Assembly (NCBI RefSeq): GCF_031769215.1
Contig: NW_026782259.1
Coordinates: 930,001-994,000, forward strand
Length of the DNA stretch: 64,000 nucleotides
From: Ylistrum balloti
Lineage: Eukaryota
Reading direction: 5' to 3'
Shown here: piece after piece, positions 25,146-38,039 of the stretch
Layout of the letters: each line of letters begins with the position of its first letter
How positions within the stretch are numbered: position 1 is the stretch's first letter
The notes under the pieces: model-generated
The model's database searches: none
Told to the model about the DNA's origin: nothing
The model's input: only the letters and a program-made list of their open reading frames with translations
Program-made: the position numbers and the translations under genes

Positions 25146-27104
25146 CCTCCGGACCCTGAAGTGTTTTAGTTATTGGGGACTAGGTCTGAAGAATAGAATA
25201 GGCGAGGGAGGAGTTTGTAGCCTCACTTGGACACAGTTTTCATCGCAGCTTAGCTGGTATGGTGTCCTGTAGAAACCATGGATTCACTGACGCACTTATT
25301 GCAGTAGCTAGCGCAATACTCCCCCTGTATTTGTGACTCTACTGGATGGGTAATGGACCTGAATAACTTTCTATTGTCTTAAAATCGATCCTTGTAATAT
25401 TTCGTCACAATTTACAAGCTTAAAATGAAAATTATCTGGGTCGGCGTTGTACCGAGTTAGCAAAGCTCAACTGATGGTGACACTGTAATGCCACCTAGAA
25501 GCATTCGTGGGATCCATCTTGCAAATACCTTGGGCAGTTTGTCTTGAAGTGTGCTGGGTATGGATTCATGTAATAAGTCTGTTACTAACACATAAACAGA
25601 AATGCGACGTTTTCTGATCATTGGTATGTGTACAGTATCAATGTTGTCTTGTACTGATTTTTTTTTCATCAAGCCTTTGGCGGTAGTCACTCGCTCTTCG
25701 GCCTGTTAAGCAGATTGCCTCTTTATCACCGCTCTACGCTTAGATTTGTCTATTTTACTACCCCATTGAGGGTATGTCTCTCCAACAAAACGAAAAATGA
25801 CAGCCAACAATATGATACCACGTGAAATCAGAAGCTGTAGGGGTCATTATACCATCCCAAAGGAAAACATGTGCGAGACTCAAAATATATCTCCTCTTCA
25901 ATCTTGGTCAATCCAAGTGAGGAATATCGGGTTTCCAAAGAAGATTTACAACACACGAAATCACCAAGTATAATGATAATTACCGAATACATCTATTGCT
26001 GACTTCGTATAGCATATTTTTAATGGTCTCCTGTGTGAAGGAATTGTTCTAGAACACCAAATACTCTGTCATGAAGCGACACCTATCGGAATAGACAAAC
26101 TAGAATATATAAAAATACTGATGGTGGCTTTAACTAATTAAGAATATTAATGATATCTTTATTGAATGAAATCAATAATTGCTTTCATAATTGTGTGTTC
26201 AGAAGAATTATCATAGCTACTGTTTATCTATCCAACCTAAAGACAATTATGATATCGATACAGCCTATCGATTTCTGTTTTTCTGCTGTGCGGGCAATAC
26301 CTTATACTCAATGTTGCTATGATGTCTATATAAACACAGCAGTATAGCAACGATTAATAATATATATACTCCGGCCAAATTATTCCTTAGCGACAGAGCC
26401 ATCGTATTGAAGTCTGCGGCTGGACCTTATTCACACTGACCAGAGAAACAATGAACAGCCCATACTTCATTAAACGGAATTGTTAGTCCATTAGTGTTTA
26501 TACTGTCGGTAATGTCATAAAATATTAAATGTAAAAACTGTTAAGGTCCATGTCCATATCTCTGTTCTTCAGTAGGAAGTGATTTATGGGACCTGTTCAT
26601 AAATACTTAATTGTGATATCGTGGAATATTGCTCTCTACATTACTTTTAACTCACCTATGGTGCTCATTGAAGTATGATGTTATCTAGAGATCTTGCACT
26701 AGAGTCCGTCGGGAACAGAATCCAATTTCAGTAAAGACTCAGTGTCTATTGGGATGTGACCACAATACATATTCCGGAAAAAGGTCAGATGTTCTGAAGT
26801 ATCTTTAACTAACATCTACGTATTTTCGAGGATGTTTTTTCCTTCATTTTACCAAACATGAATTATACTCCTTAACGTTATCGTGAAAAGTTCTATAGAA
26901 ATATATAATGTACGAAAACTCTATCATAATAACCAACGGTACTTAACAAGGATATCAATATACGACTGGAAATTCGTGTGTGAAACGAAGTAAACATCAG
27001 GATATTACAGTTCGAAATTGAGTAAACATAAATAAATTCACGAAAGAAACTAGATATACATGGGAACATTCATGAAATTGAGAGTGAATAAGGATTTTTG
27101 TTCG

Positions 27105-27400
27105 AAACTGAGCATACTTAAGACAATTCGTGTTAAAAAACTGAGTATACTTAAGACAATTCGTGTTAAAAAACTGAGTATACATAAGACAATTCGTGTT
27201 AAAAAACTGAGTATACTTAAGACAATTCGTGTTAAAAAACTGAGTATACATAAGACAATTCGTGTTAAAAAACTGAATATACTTAAGACAATTCGTGTTA
27301 AAAAACTGAGTATACTTAAGACAATTCGTGTTAAAAAACTGAGTATACTTAAGACAATTCGTGTTAAAAAACTGAGTATACATAAGGAAATGCATGCAAG
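27105..27400. repeat. 33-bp minisatellite (about 9 copies), decaying over 27400-27650
   Basis: Unit AAAACTGAGTATACTTAAGACAATTCGTGTTAA. It gives 11-aa periodic ORFs on both strands. Confidence 0.95.
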
Positions 27401-27644
27401 AGACTGAGTATACATTCATACCATAACCCGAGTATTAAAGCGGAGTATACGGAAGGAAATCTACGTTAGATAACTGAGTACCAATCAGGAATTCAGTTTA
27501 TAAACTGAGTATACAAAATGAAATTCGTGTTAGAAACTGTGTACACAAGGATTCTGTTCGATACGTCGAAACTGAGTTGACAGGGGGAAATTCGTGTTTA
27601 AAATTGAACATTTGTGTGTAAATTTCTGTTCGAAACTGAGTATA

Positions 27645-30120
27645 ACAAGGGATATTCCTGTTATAAACCAAACATACCTATGGATATTCCTGTTATAAAC
27701 CAAACATACGTAGGGATATTCCTGTTATAAACCAAACATACCTAGAGATATTTCTGTTATAAACCAAACATACCTAGGGATATTCCTGTTATAAACCAAA
27801 CATACCTAGAGATATTTCTGTTATAAACAAAGCATACCTAGATATACCCTGTTATAAACCAAACATACCTATGGACATTCCTGTTATAAACCAAACATAC
27901 CTAGGGATATTCCTGTTATAAACCGAACATACCTAGGGACATTCCTGTTATAAACCGAACATACCTAGGGACATTCCTGTTATAAACCAAACATACCTAG
28001 GGACATTCCTGTTATAAACCAAGCATACCTAGGGACATTCCTGTTATAAACCAAGCATACCTAGGGACATTCCTGTTATAAACCAAACATACCTAGGGAC
28101 ATTCCTGTTATAAACCAAACATACCTAGGGAAATTCCCGTTATAAACCAAACATAGCTAGGGATATCCCTGTTATAAACCAAACATACCTAGGGTATTCC
28201 TATTATAAACCAAACATACCTAGGGATATTCCTGTTATAAACCAAACATACCTAGGGAAATCCCTGTTTTAAACCAAACATACCTAGGGAAATTCCTGTT
28301 ATAAACCAACCATACCTAGGGATATTCTGTTATAAACGAAGTATATCTAGGGATATTGTGTTATAAACAAAGTATACCTAGGGATATTCCTGTTATAAAC
28401 CAAACATACGTAGGGATATTCCTGTTATAAACCAACCATACCTAGGGATATTGTGTTATAAACAAAGTATACCTAGGGATATTCCTGTTATAAACCAAAC
28501 ATACCTAGGGATATTCTGTTATAAACGAAGATATTTAGGGATAGTATATACCTAGGGATAAACCAAAACCAAAGTATATCTAGGGATATTGAATATTAAA
28601 CCAACCATACATAGGGATATTCTGTTATAAACGAAGTATATCTGTATTGTGTTACCTAGGGATATTCCTGTTATAAACAAATATAAACCAAACATACCTA
28701 GGGATATTCCTGTTATAAACCAAACATACCTAGGGATATTCCTGTTATAAACCAAACATACCTAGGGATTTTCCTGTTATAAACCAAACATACCTAGGGA
28801 TATTCCTGTTATAAACCATAAATATATTTAGGGATATTCCTGTTATAAACAAACATACCTAGGGATATTCCTGTTATAAACCAAACATACCTAGGGATAT
28901 TCCTGTTATAAACCAACCATACCTGATATTGTGTTATAAACCAAAGTATACCTAGGGAAATTCCTGTTATAAACCAACCATACCTAGGGATATTCTGTTA
29001 TAAACGAAGTATATCTAGGGATATTGTGGTATAAACCAAACATACCTAGAGATATTTCTGTTATAAACAAAGCATACCTAGGGAAATCCCCGTTATAAAC
29101 CAAACATACCTAGGGATATTCCTGTTATAAACCAAACATACCTAGGGACATTCCTGTTATAAACCAAAGATATTTAGGGATATTCTGTTATAAACCAAAC
29201 ATACCTAGGGAAATCCCTGTTATAAACCAAACATACCTAGGGATATTGTGTTATAAACAAAGTATACCTTGGGATATTCCTGTTATAAACCAACCATACA
29301 TAGGGATATTCTGTTATAAACGAAGTATATCTAGGGATATTGTGTTATAAACCAAACATACCTAGGGATATTCCTGTTATAAACAAAGCATACCTAGGGA
29401 AATCCCCGTTATAAACCAAACATACCTAGGGATATTCCTGTTATAAACCAAACATACCTAGGGATATTCCTGTTATAAACCAAAGATATTTGGGGATATT
29501 CTGTTATAAACCAAACATACCTAGGGAAATTCCTGTTATAAACCAACCATACCTAGGGATATTCTGTTATAAACGAAGTATATCTAGGGATATTGTGTTA
29601 TAAACCAAACATACCTAGGGATATTCCTGTTATAAACAAAGTATACCTTGGGATATTCCTGTTATAAACCAACCATACCTAGGGATATTCTGTTATAAAC
29701 GAAGTATATCTAGGGATATTGTGTTATAAACCAAACATACCTAGGGATATTGTGTTATAAACAAAGTATACCTAGGGATATTCCTGTTATAAACCAAACA
29801 TACGTAGGGATATTCCGGTTATAAACCAACCATACCTAGGGATATTGTGTTATAAACAAAGTATACCTAGGGATATTCCTGTTATAAACCAACCATACCT
29901 AGGGATATTCTGTTATAAACGAAGTATATCTAGGGATATTGTGTTATAAACCAAACATACCTAGAGATATTTCTGTTATAAACAAAGCATACCTAGGGAA
30001 ATCCCCGTTATAAACCAAACATACCTAGGGATATTCCTGTTATAAACCAAACATACCTAGGGATATTCCTGTTATAAACCAAAGATATTTAGGGATATTC
30101 TGTTATAAACAAAGCATACT
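27645..30120. repeat. 32-bp (with 31-bp variants) satellite array, about 2.5 kb
   Basis: Unit TTATAAACCAAACATACCTAGGGATATTCCTG; AAACATACC starts at 28690 and 28722 give the 32-bp period. The array ends about 90 bp from the glycosyltransferase stop codon. Confidence 0.97.
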
Positions 30121-30212
30121 TAGGAAAGATATTTTACTGTCTAAACAAGAACAGAATAACAAAATTCACAAGATCAATAGGTGTACATAAAACGACTCAG
30201 AACCGTCATTTT

Positions 30213-31253
30213 CTATACAATATAAGATAATATGAATTTGCCTATTCCCCATATAGAACAATCGTTTTTATCCTTGCCGAACGTGGTTCGGCGATCCCAG
30301 TATTGTTGCACAGTACCTGGTGAAACATAATGTGTTATTATATGACATCGAGAAAACAGGTCACTAAACAACCAGTCGTAAACATAAATATTCATATTAT
30401 AAACAAAGTTATCTACATTCTTTACCGATAACCCAAGTTTATAAGCAACAATCCCTACATAAACATCTTCGTATTTGAATACTCTTGTATTTCTCATTTC
30501 ATCATATATTTTGCGGGCTGTATTTAACGTCATCACGTATCCCGGTCCATTGCAAAATGGTGGTAATATTTGAAAAGGGTATTCTTCGTAAGAAATTTGC
30601 CACTTGCTTGACTTCCTACACGGAAATGATATTTGGTTGCATGAACCAAGAATAGCATAATCTGGAACATAATTGGCATCCCTTTGAATTTTACTGAGAA
30701 TGTCTAGATCTAAATACACATCGTCATCGATTTTAAAAAAGTGCCTCGTTCCCTGACAATAATGTACGACCCAGTTGAAAGCAGCTATTGTTTTGTATGT
30801 TAAGTTATTGTAATCTTCATCGACATCCACCTGCAAGAGATCTCCATTATCGTTGTTTAGACTGACTCCTTCCTCTCTACCCACAACGAAGTACATACTA
30901 AAGTTGTATTTTATTTGCATCTCCCGATTTCCCCATGTCCTTCGAATGGCGTGCCGTGTCACAATATTGGACATTTTGCTTAAAACCATGATAACAATAT
31001 TTCTCGTAGAGTTTTTAGGACACTTCAAATTTGGAACAAGTGAAAATGGTATGGGTTTAAGGCTCTCCTGTTGGTAAGCAAACTTTAAAAGGTTTGGGAG
31101 GGTTAACGTTTGCTCATGAATGGCTTGGGAAAAGAACAACCACACCATCAGTACTGCTCCCACGAACATCACACCGCCGACTCTTCTCCTTGTCGGCCTT
31201 CTTACGGCCCTGCAATAGAAGACATAGCAGCCTTCTAAATTGTCTACAAGCAT
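30213..31253 (-). CDS. Beta-1,3-galactosyltransferase-like protein (glycosyltransferase family 31), single coding exon, type II membrane protein
   Basis: 346-aa ORF with an N-terminal hydrophobic anchor (MFVGAVLMVWLFF). GT31 motifs: RHAIRRTWG, DLLQVDVDEDYNNLTYKT, KIDDDVY (DxD), YPFQILPPFCNGPGYVM, EDVYVGI. The true start may be the ATG at 31169. Confidence 0.93.
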   Translation of the reverse strand: MLVDNLEGCYVFYCRAVRRPTRRRVGGVMFVGAVLMVWLFFSQAIHEQTLTLPNLLKFAYQQESLKPIPFSLVPNLKCPKNSTRNIVIMVLSKMSNIVTRHAIRRTWGNREMQIKYNFSMYFVVGREEGVSLNNDNGDLLQVDVDEDYNNLTYKTIAAFNWVVHYCQGTRHFFKIDDDVYLDLDILSKIQRDANYVPDYAILGSCNQISFPCRKSSKWQISYEEYPFQILPPFCNGPGYVMTLNTARKIYDEMRNTRVFKYEDVYVGIVAYKLGLSVKNVDNFVYNMNIYVYDWLFSDLFSRCHIITHYVSPGTVQQYWDRRTTFGKDKNDCSIWGIGKFILSYIV

Positions 31254-31259
31254 CTATAT

Positions 31260-31282
31260 CACACACACACACACACACACAC

Positions 31283-31322
<40 letters not shown>

Positions 31323-31337
31323 TCACATATATATATA
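31260..31337. repeat. (CA)n plus (TA)n microsatellite
   Basis: About 30 CA units with a few interruptions, a few bases 5' of the glycosyltransferase ORF start on the minus strand. Confidence 0.97.
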
Positions 31338-31475
31338 ATGAAAATATCAACAGCTCAGTGTCTGGTGCAATATATGAGAATAATAATCATAAAAACGATG
31401 TGCATTTAAGTGTAAAGCATGAGCGCTTTCGTGAAAGCATTACACCTAAATGCACATCGTGTTTCTGATTATTAT

Positions 31476-31479
<4 letters not shown>

Positions 31480-31507
<28 letters not shown>
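31480..31507. repeat. (TA)n microsatellite
   Basis: Perfect TA run. Confidence 0.95.
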
Positions 31508-31511
<4 letters not shown>

Positions 31512-34500
31512 ATTGTTTTATACACGTGAAAAATGTTTAGTCCGTGATTTGAATATCAGCGTGTTTAATGCTGTTGGTATCACTTTCTTTTTGTGAATGA
31601 AACATTACTGGAATTTTATTCTTCGCACATATCAGACATGTGCTACCAAATCGATAAGGTCGACGTTCTATCGATTAGTGTTTTTTAATACAGACATGGT
31701 CCCCTGATCTAGCCTGATTTGCTTGACTGGTGATGAATAATTCACACAGCTTAAGATGAAGACACTGTAAATACCGTGTACATTCGCCACATGTTGAGTG
31801 ATTGCTGTATTTGTTTTTTATCGAATGAAACCAAGCAATAGTCAAACATGATAAATATTTGCTCAGTAGATTTCTTCAACACTCCCACACAAGTGGGTAC
31901 ATAAAAGTTTAATGAGCATTCTAGCTTTGTAATGTGGTGATTGTCGTTATTTTAATAACAACGAGTCGTGCATGGTTTTGTTCAAAGTGTCGCATCAGAT
32001 ATATACCTAGCTATATTACATATCTGGAAATGTGTGGGGTATTTTTTGTGTGGCTATTCTTGATTTCGTTATGATTTTTTTTAGAATATTTGAAAACTAC
32101 AAAAATGTATACAATGTAGAAAATCGTGTAATCAATTTTTCAACATGTATGGAAATAAGAGGTATTATAATAATTATGTTAGGTAACATGCATTATGAAA
32201 GTCTGAATGAACTGAATAGTAAAAGGCGACAAAATATATCTTTGCTTCCCACTCTAAAAAGTCAAGGTAGGGGTGAGAAGGTAGGGACAGTTGCCTTTTC
32301 TACGTCACTGGGGCATTGAGTATGTTTGATGAAACGGTGATGTAATTTGAGAAAACTATCAAGACAGTCATTGGTCCATTGTTACCCCATGCACAGCGAT
32401 GATTTGTTGTGAACTCGGGATTAATTCATAAATTTTTAATAGAGACGATGTTTGTTTTGAAGGCATGTATAGATACATGTACGTACAGGTGATTTACTTT
32501 TTATCACATGCTTCAGTAGCAACAATTGATGGTATCAAAATTGTTTTCACCTATTTAATGTATCTTACAGTAAACTATGTAGTAACCATTTATGCTCCAT
32601 CAGTTTACTGCATTCGTAACCTTGTGGTGCGATTCGAACAACTGGAATTTGTTTAATGGAGAAAATGAATTTGTAGGTCATTCGCTCAACTCTTGTAGTA
32701 CCGTTAATTTTCTTTCTTTCTTCATTCAACGTTTCCAGTGTGCCATTTTTCAAAAATCAAGCTCAAAATTAAGTGTGTCAAACTAATGAGGAAGTGATGT
32801 ATCATAATCAATTTTCAAAATTCGAACTGACTGGACATATGCTATTGTGTTTTATAGTCAATCATAAATGTGAACCACCCTTTTCGTTAGAATTAGTTAT
32901 CAGCAAGGATAATACTTTATACATGTAATATTCAACAGTCTCTTTTGTTTAGTATATATTTGATTTATAGTGACAGATCATTATAAATTATGAAATAATA
33001 CTGTTTAAAATTTCTGATTCGGTCAGATTTACAATACCATGTACGGTTCCTCAATTTCGGCAAAACTGAATTAATATTAAAATTTAACAGTATGTGAGAG
33101 GCTAGAATGAATAAACATACAAAAGTCAGAAAGTAAGCGATAAATATTAGCCATCGGTCAGATTGTGCCGATATAAGTAAATACATACATATCAATAGTT
33201 TCAATTTCTGTATACTCACATCACCAGCGGCGATATTTTGATACATGCACTCATCCGATCCATGGAACTGAAGATTGCATGAGCACACCCGTACAAATAC
33301 CCGGTCGTGTAGCTTCGTACAGTCTGTTAGGGGCGGCGTGGTGTTAGTTTATGTATACTCAGTAATCACAAACAGCCAGATGGTAGTCAAGCCGTCAATT
33401 AAGTAAATCCAGATACGAACTAATCAATATTTTTTCCGTATGAAAAGATATGACAGCCCGTGTAGTGATAAGTGTTTAAGCTTCTTGAGGTAATCGAAGT
33501 ACTGTACAATCCTTTTCTCTCGTTGTGGTTAACTTCGCGGTTAAAAGACAATGACATTTCATTTCGTGGATAAATATAGCTCAATAAATCTACTTATATC
33601 TATTTCAACGGTTCGTGGATTGAGAAAGCCTCAAAACCAATAAAAATGCATCCCCACAAAAATTAACGGTTTTACAACAATGTCAGTATCGCAATTGTAT
33701 GATATTTTCTAGAAAAAGGAGTTGAACTGATTTCTGTGTTTCATAATTAGTTTAGCTGTGTTTATCATCATGTTAATATATAACACATGCCATTGAGGAT
33801 GCCTTTCATTCTTCAGGGATATTGTCAAAAAAAAGCTACTAAACAACTGCAGTAATGGTCTAAAGATTAACTGATGTAATGAAATCCTAAAAGATTATAA
33901 TCTGTCTTCTTTAATATGATCGACTTTAATACAGTTTAACCCTCTCAATTCCATTTCATTTTAACAACACATAGACAACCACACACACCTTGACGTAATA
34001 CATAGTAGTGATGGAAAAAGACATAAACAAAAAGACTTGAATATCGAAAAAGTGGCAAAAATATGCAACACACGTACGGTATGTTTAGTAATGTTCAGTA
34101 GGGATGTTCAGTAAAAATATCACTGAAAAAACGTTGACCGCACATTCGCCCCTTGTAAGAATATTCATGCGAGATATGACACAGCTGTAGAATAATAGAT
34201 TTAAGTAATCTTGAAAATATCCAGGTAGATGGTGAACGAATTGTTACAGAGCGATCAATATACATAGAGTAGATACATATACATAACGAAAAATATTGGC
34301 TGGAATCAACTAAGGAAACTTATCTGGATTTTTCACAATTACAAACGGTATAACTCTACATTATTTGTAGGATACTACACCAGAAAGCATTGGGGATATC
34401 AGACAACAAAACTTCCGAATGCAAATCATGCTCAAATCTTTTTGCTATCAAAAGTTAAAAAATGGTTAATTCCAACATTGTATTATCTACTTTTATCCAA

Positions 34501-34548
34501 TATTGATATATCTATTTGTCCAACAATGTGTGTTATACATAAGTGTAA

Positions 34549-34850
34549 TTGACCCAACAAAGTATGACATATTTGACCCAACAATGTATGACATATTTGA
34601 CCCAACAATGTATGACATATTTGACCCAACAAAGTATGACATATTTGACCCAACAAAGTATGACATATTTGACCCAACAAAGTATGACATATTTGACCCA
34701 ACAATGTATGACATATTTGACCCAACAAAGTATGAAATATTTGACCCAACAAAGTATGACATATTTGACCCAACAATGCATGACATATTTGACCCAACAA
34801 TGTATGATATATTTGATGCTGCAATGCAAGATATATTTGACCCCACAATA
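34549..34850. repeat. 24-bp minisatellite (about 12 copies)
   Basis: Unit TGACCCAACAAAGTATGACATATT. It produces 8-aa periodic ORFs in five frames. Confidence 0.96.
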
Positions 34851-35420
34851 TATTATGTTACTGCTCCAACACCGTTTGATATGATCTACACGATTCAATA
34901 ATTGTATAATATTATTGATTCGTTTGTTCACTTTCCAGCCGTCTCCATTGTTACTTAGTATACGTGGCTTGCTTATGCATCATTCCCCGTACATTATCCT
35001 TGATATATTTTTGCTGTGAATTAATAACTATCAATCTAACGCTTGACTGAACTCGAACTTGTTCCTTTCACAACTGTTTACAACTACTCCACATATGAAT
35101 GAAGACGATAACGATTTTTCGATGTCATGATGATATGGTTCCTGATGTATTCACGACGAGTTCGACGTTGCTATAACAAATTATGAAATATTAAATGCAA
35201 TTAACATACTAAATACGAATAGTGCGTGTGATTCAGATGGTATTTTAATGAGTTTTTTTTATCAAACGTAAGGCGGTGTGTAATGCCTTGCTTTATTACT
35301 TAATTCAACAATATACATATACATATGGACATTTTCTATTTCTAGGAAAAAAAGTTAATATTGTCTCTGTTTTCAAAACGGGGTTGGGGGTGGGGGGTGG
35401 GGGGGGGGCGGGGCGTTGCT

Positions 35421-35624
35421 ACTGATGTAAATAACTACTATTGTTAGTTGTCTTGGAAAACTTTTCACATCTTTTCTTAATAATAGACTGATGTAAATAA
35501 CTACTATTGTTAGTTGTCTTGGAAAACTTTTCACATCTTTTCTTAATAATAGACTGATGTAAATAACTACTATTGTTAGTTGTCTTGGAAAACTTTTCAC
35601 ATCTTTTCTTAATAATAGACTGAT
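35421..35624. repeat. 66-bp tandem repeat (3 near-perfect copies) directly after a G-run tract
   Basis: ACTGATGTAAATAACTAC starts at 35421, 35487 and 35553. Confidence 0.95.
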
Positions 35625-35909
35625 TTTCTTTTACCTAAAATATAGTAAAATAACTGGTGCTCACTTTGGCTTGTTTGCTTTTGTAAATCGCCAGGATCTG
35701 TGGTTTAAATTAATAAGGGAAGGTATTGATTGAAAATTATTTAAGTTTATGAAGGTCGCTGTAATTACTTTGATTGTGAAAATGGATTGTTCCAAAGGGG
35801 AAGTTTATCACTTATATTGTTTTCTTTCTACGTTAATAATTATGATATACAATTTTTAATTGACAACTATCCTTTGGCTGAAATTCAGGTTCTAGACTAG
35901 TTTCTGTTA

Positions 35910-37090
35910 ATGTGAGCAGATGACATGGTAATATTCTCGGAGACGCCCGAAGGTTTACAGGATAGGCTAAATTCTTTAGAAACATAAAAAAATGGATTTA
36001 ACTGTCAATACAAGAAATGGTGGCATTTTGAGAAATGACGAGATCTGAAGCTATGACGGTTGTCAATTAGAAATTCTAAATAAATTTAACTATTTGGGCA
36101 TGTTACTTAATCATAATGGAGCCTTTAGAACACAACAAAAATCGTTGAGCAAGACAAACAGCTTTATTTGCAGTTTTAGATGTGTGTCGTAAAAATTATT
36201 TCAATATTGAAACCCAATTATCGGTCTTAGATACATGCATAATAACAAGTTATGGTTCCGAAATAAAGGGTTTTCATAAAGCACCTGAGGTTGAAAAAGT
36301 TCGCCTGATGTTTTGTAAAAGATTCTTGGGGTTCGGAAAATACGTGTAATAGTATGGTATATTTAGAATTCGGTAGGTTTTCACTGACAATGCTAAGAAA
36401 ATTAAGAATATCTAAGTATTTGATGAAATTAAAAAAGAAACTGAGAACTATAAAAACGAATTGTATAGACTAGGTTTCGGCTATATTTGGGAAACGGAAA
36501 ACATTGCTGACACACTGTATAACGTAATCAGAGAAAGATTTTGGATATATTTAGACAAGACTCTAAAATTAGAACTTTGTTGAAAGGACATTTATACCCA
36601 TCTTCGTCATGACCCCGATTTACAAAGCTATCTGGAAAAAAAACATTACCTAGGGAATATTTGAAAAAAATTACAAAAATTAGTCTTCCATCTCACAATC
36701 TAAAAAAAAGGGGCCGATATCAAAATATACCGAGTAATTTACGAGTATGTACCCTTTGTGATTTAGATGATACAGAAAATGAGTTTCATTGTGTGTTGAA
36801 ATGTCCTTGTTACACGGACCTGAGAAAGAAAATTTTGAAAAAGTACTACTATAAAAAAAACCTGGTATTTTAAACTAATAGAACTTTTTAATGTATAAAA
36901 CACAAAAGATATTACAAAACTATCTAAAAATATCCAGGCTGCTAACGTTTTAAAAGATTAATCGGTCCATTAGTTTGCTCTCTCTGGGTCTGTATTGTGT
37001 CTATAATCATGTGTTTGTATATTGTTATAAATGCTTTATGGTATTACTTTCCTGAACCCGATGTGTCAATTGACTTTAGGTAATAAAGAA
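35910..37090 (+). mobile_element. 5'-truncated degenerate non-LTR retrotransposon (RT C-terminus plus cysteine-rich knuckle; RTE-X/L2-like)
   Basis: LEILNKFNYLGMLLNHNG..., then SHNL..GRYQNIPSNLRVCTLCDLDDTENEFHCVLKCPCYTDLRKK..KKYYYK, a common LINE ORF2 ending. AATAAA follows at about 37082. Confidence 0.85.
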
Positions 37091-37119
37091 CTTAAACAAT
37101 CAGTCTCACTTACGTATGA

Positions 37120-37400
37120 TTATTAGTTCTCTACCCGTAATGATCTTCCGTCCGTCCGTCCCTGCACTTGTCTTCTGTGAAATTTGTCAGCGCTCTAGAG
37201 GCGTCATTCCTTGAGGGATTCTCATCAAACTTCACAAATCTTAAATCATCAAATTAGCTCAGGCATAGACGAAATTCAGGATTGGATGATGAAGGACAAG
37301 GTTGCGGCTAGATACAGTTTGAGCCATATTAATGCTATCAGTAAATATATTGCTGGGAACTTCTTTCTTAATCAACCAGCCAGGTGTAAAGTGTCCTACT
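37120..37400 (+). mobile_element. Probable HINE-like fragment
   Basis: T-rich start followed by a CCGTCCGTCCGTCC microsatellite and ATCAAACTTCAC, resembling the element at 1564. Termini were not resolved. Confidence 0.45.
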
Positions 37401-38039
37401 TACTGTTCTGTTAACATCACTTATCCTATGTAACACAGATTCAAGCGTGCCATTTAGCTCTGTGATCGAGGAAATTATGACTTATTTAAAGATAATTTGA
37501 ACTCTATTGATTACCCGGAAAATTAATTTAATGATACAAATATTGCAGTTAAAATACAGATACATTGCTGGATATTGCTAAAATTAGTACTCCAAACAAA
37601 ATTGTCTGGCGAACCTCCTTGGGTGTCCGTTTATTTGGAGACAGAAACGTGCACTTACAGAGGCAAACGTACGCTGATACTCACTTCACCAAATTTCATG
37701 AATGCTCTGTAAGTTGGTTGGTAATCATACCAAACTGAAAACTTCAGTAACATTTATGAAATCAAATACCCTATTTCATTCTCCCCAACATTGAACAAAA
37801 CTTTACTTTCTAAAGTTAGTGTACAAAAACATTTACTTTTATCACAATATTGTGGCTATAGAGATTACTTTAGTTTTATCTACACTTTCCAAAACAAAAT
37901 ATTGTACGCAGATTTAAGTTCAGCCATGCATGTACTTCTCTTCAAACTCTATATTTTGCTCTTATTCGCCTTATTTTTGAATATGACAACATCCTCTGGT
38001 ATAATCTTCTGGCATGTTACGGTATATTTACTGCTGAAC

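Noticed and set aside
25147-26900. Possible minus-strand pseudogene (exon-like boundaries; a segment vaguely like a ligand-gated channel TM3 tail, KVFARWIPRMLL)
   Set aside because: Stop density in manual translations was about what random AT-rich DNA gives, and no family could be recognised with confidence. A tBLASTx/HMM search would decide it.
26997-27419. Three overlapping ORFs of 115-140 aa with 11-aa periodicity
   Set aside because: They are by-products of the stop-poor 33-bp minisatellite, open on both strands, with no splice or domain support.
34483-34931. Five overlapping ORFs with 8-aa periodicity
   Set aside because: They arise from translation of the 24-bp repeat in several frames, with no evidence of coding.
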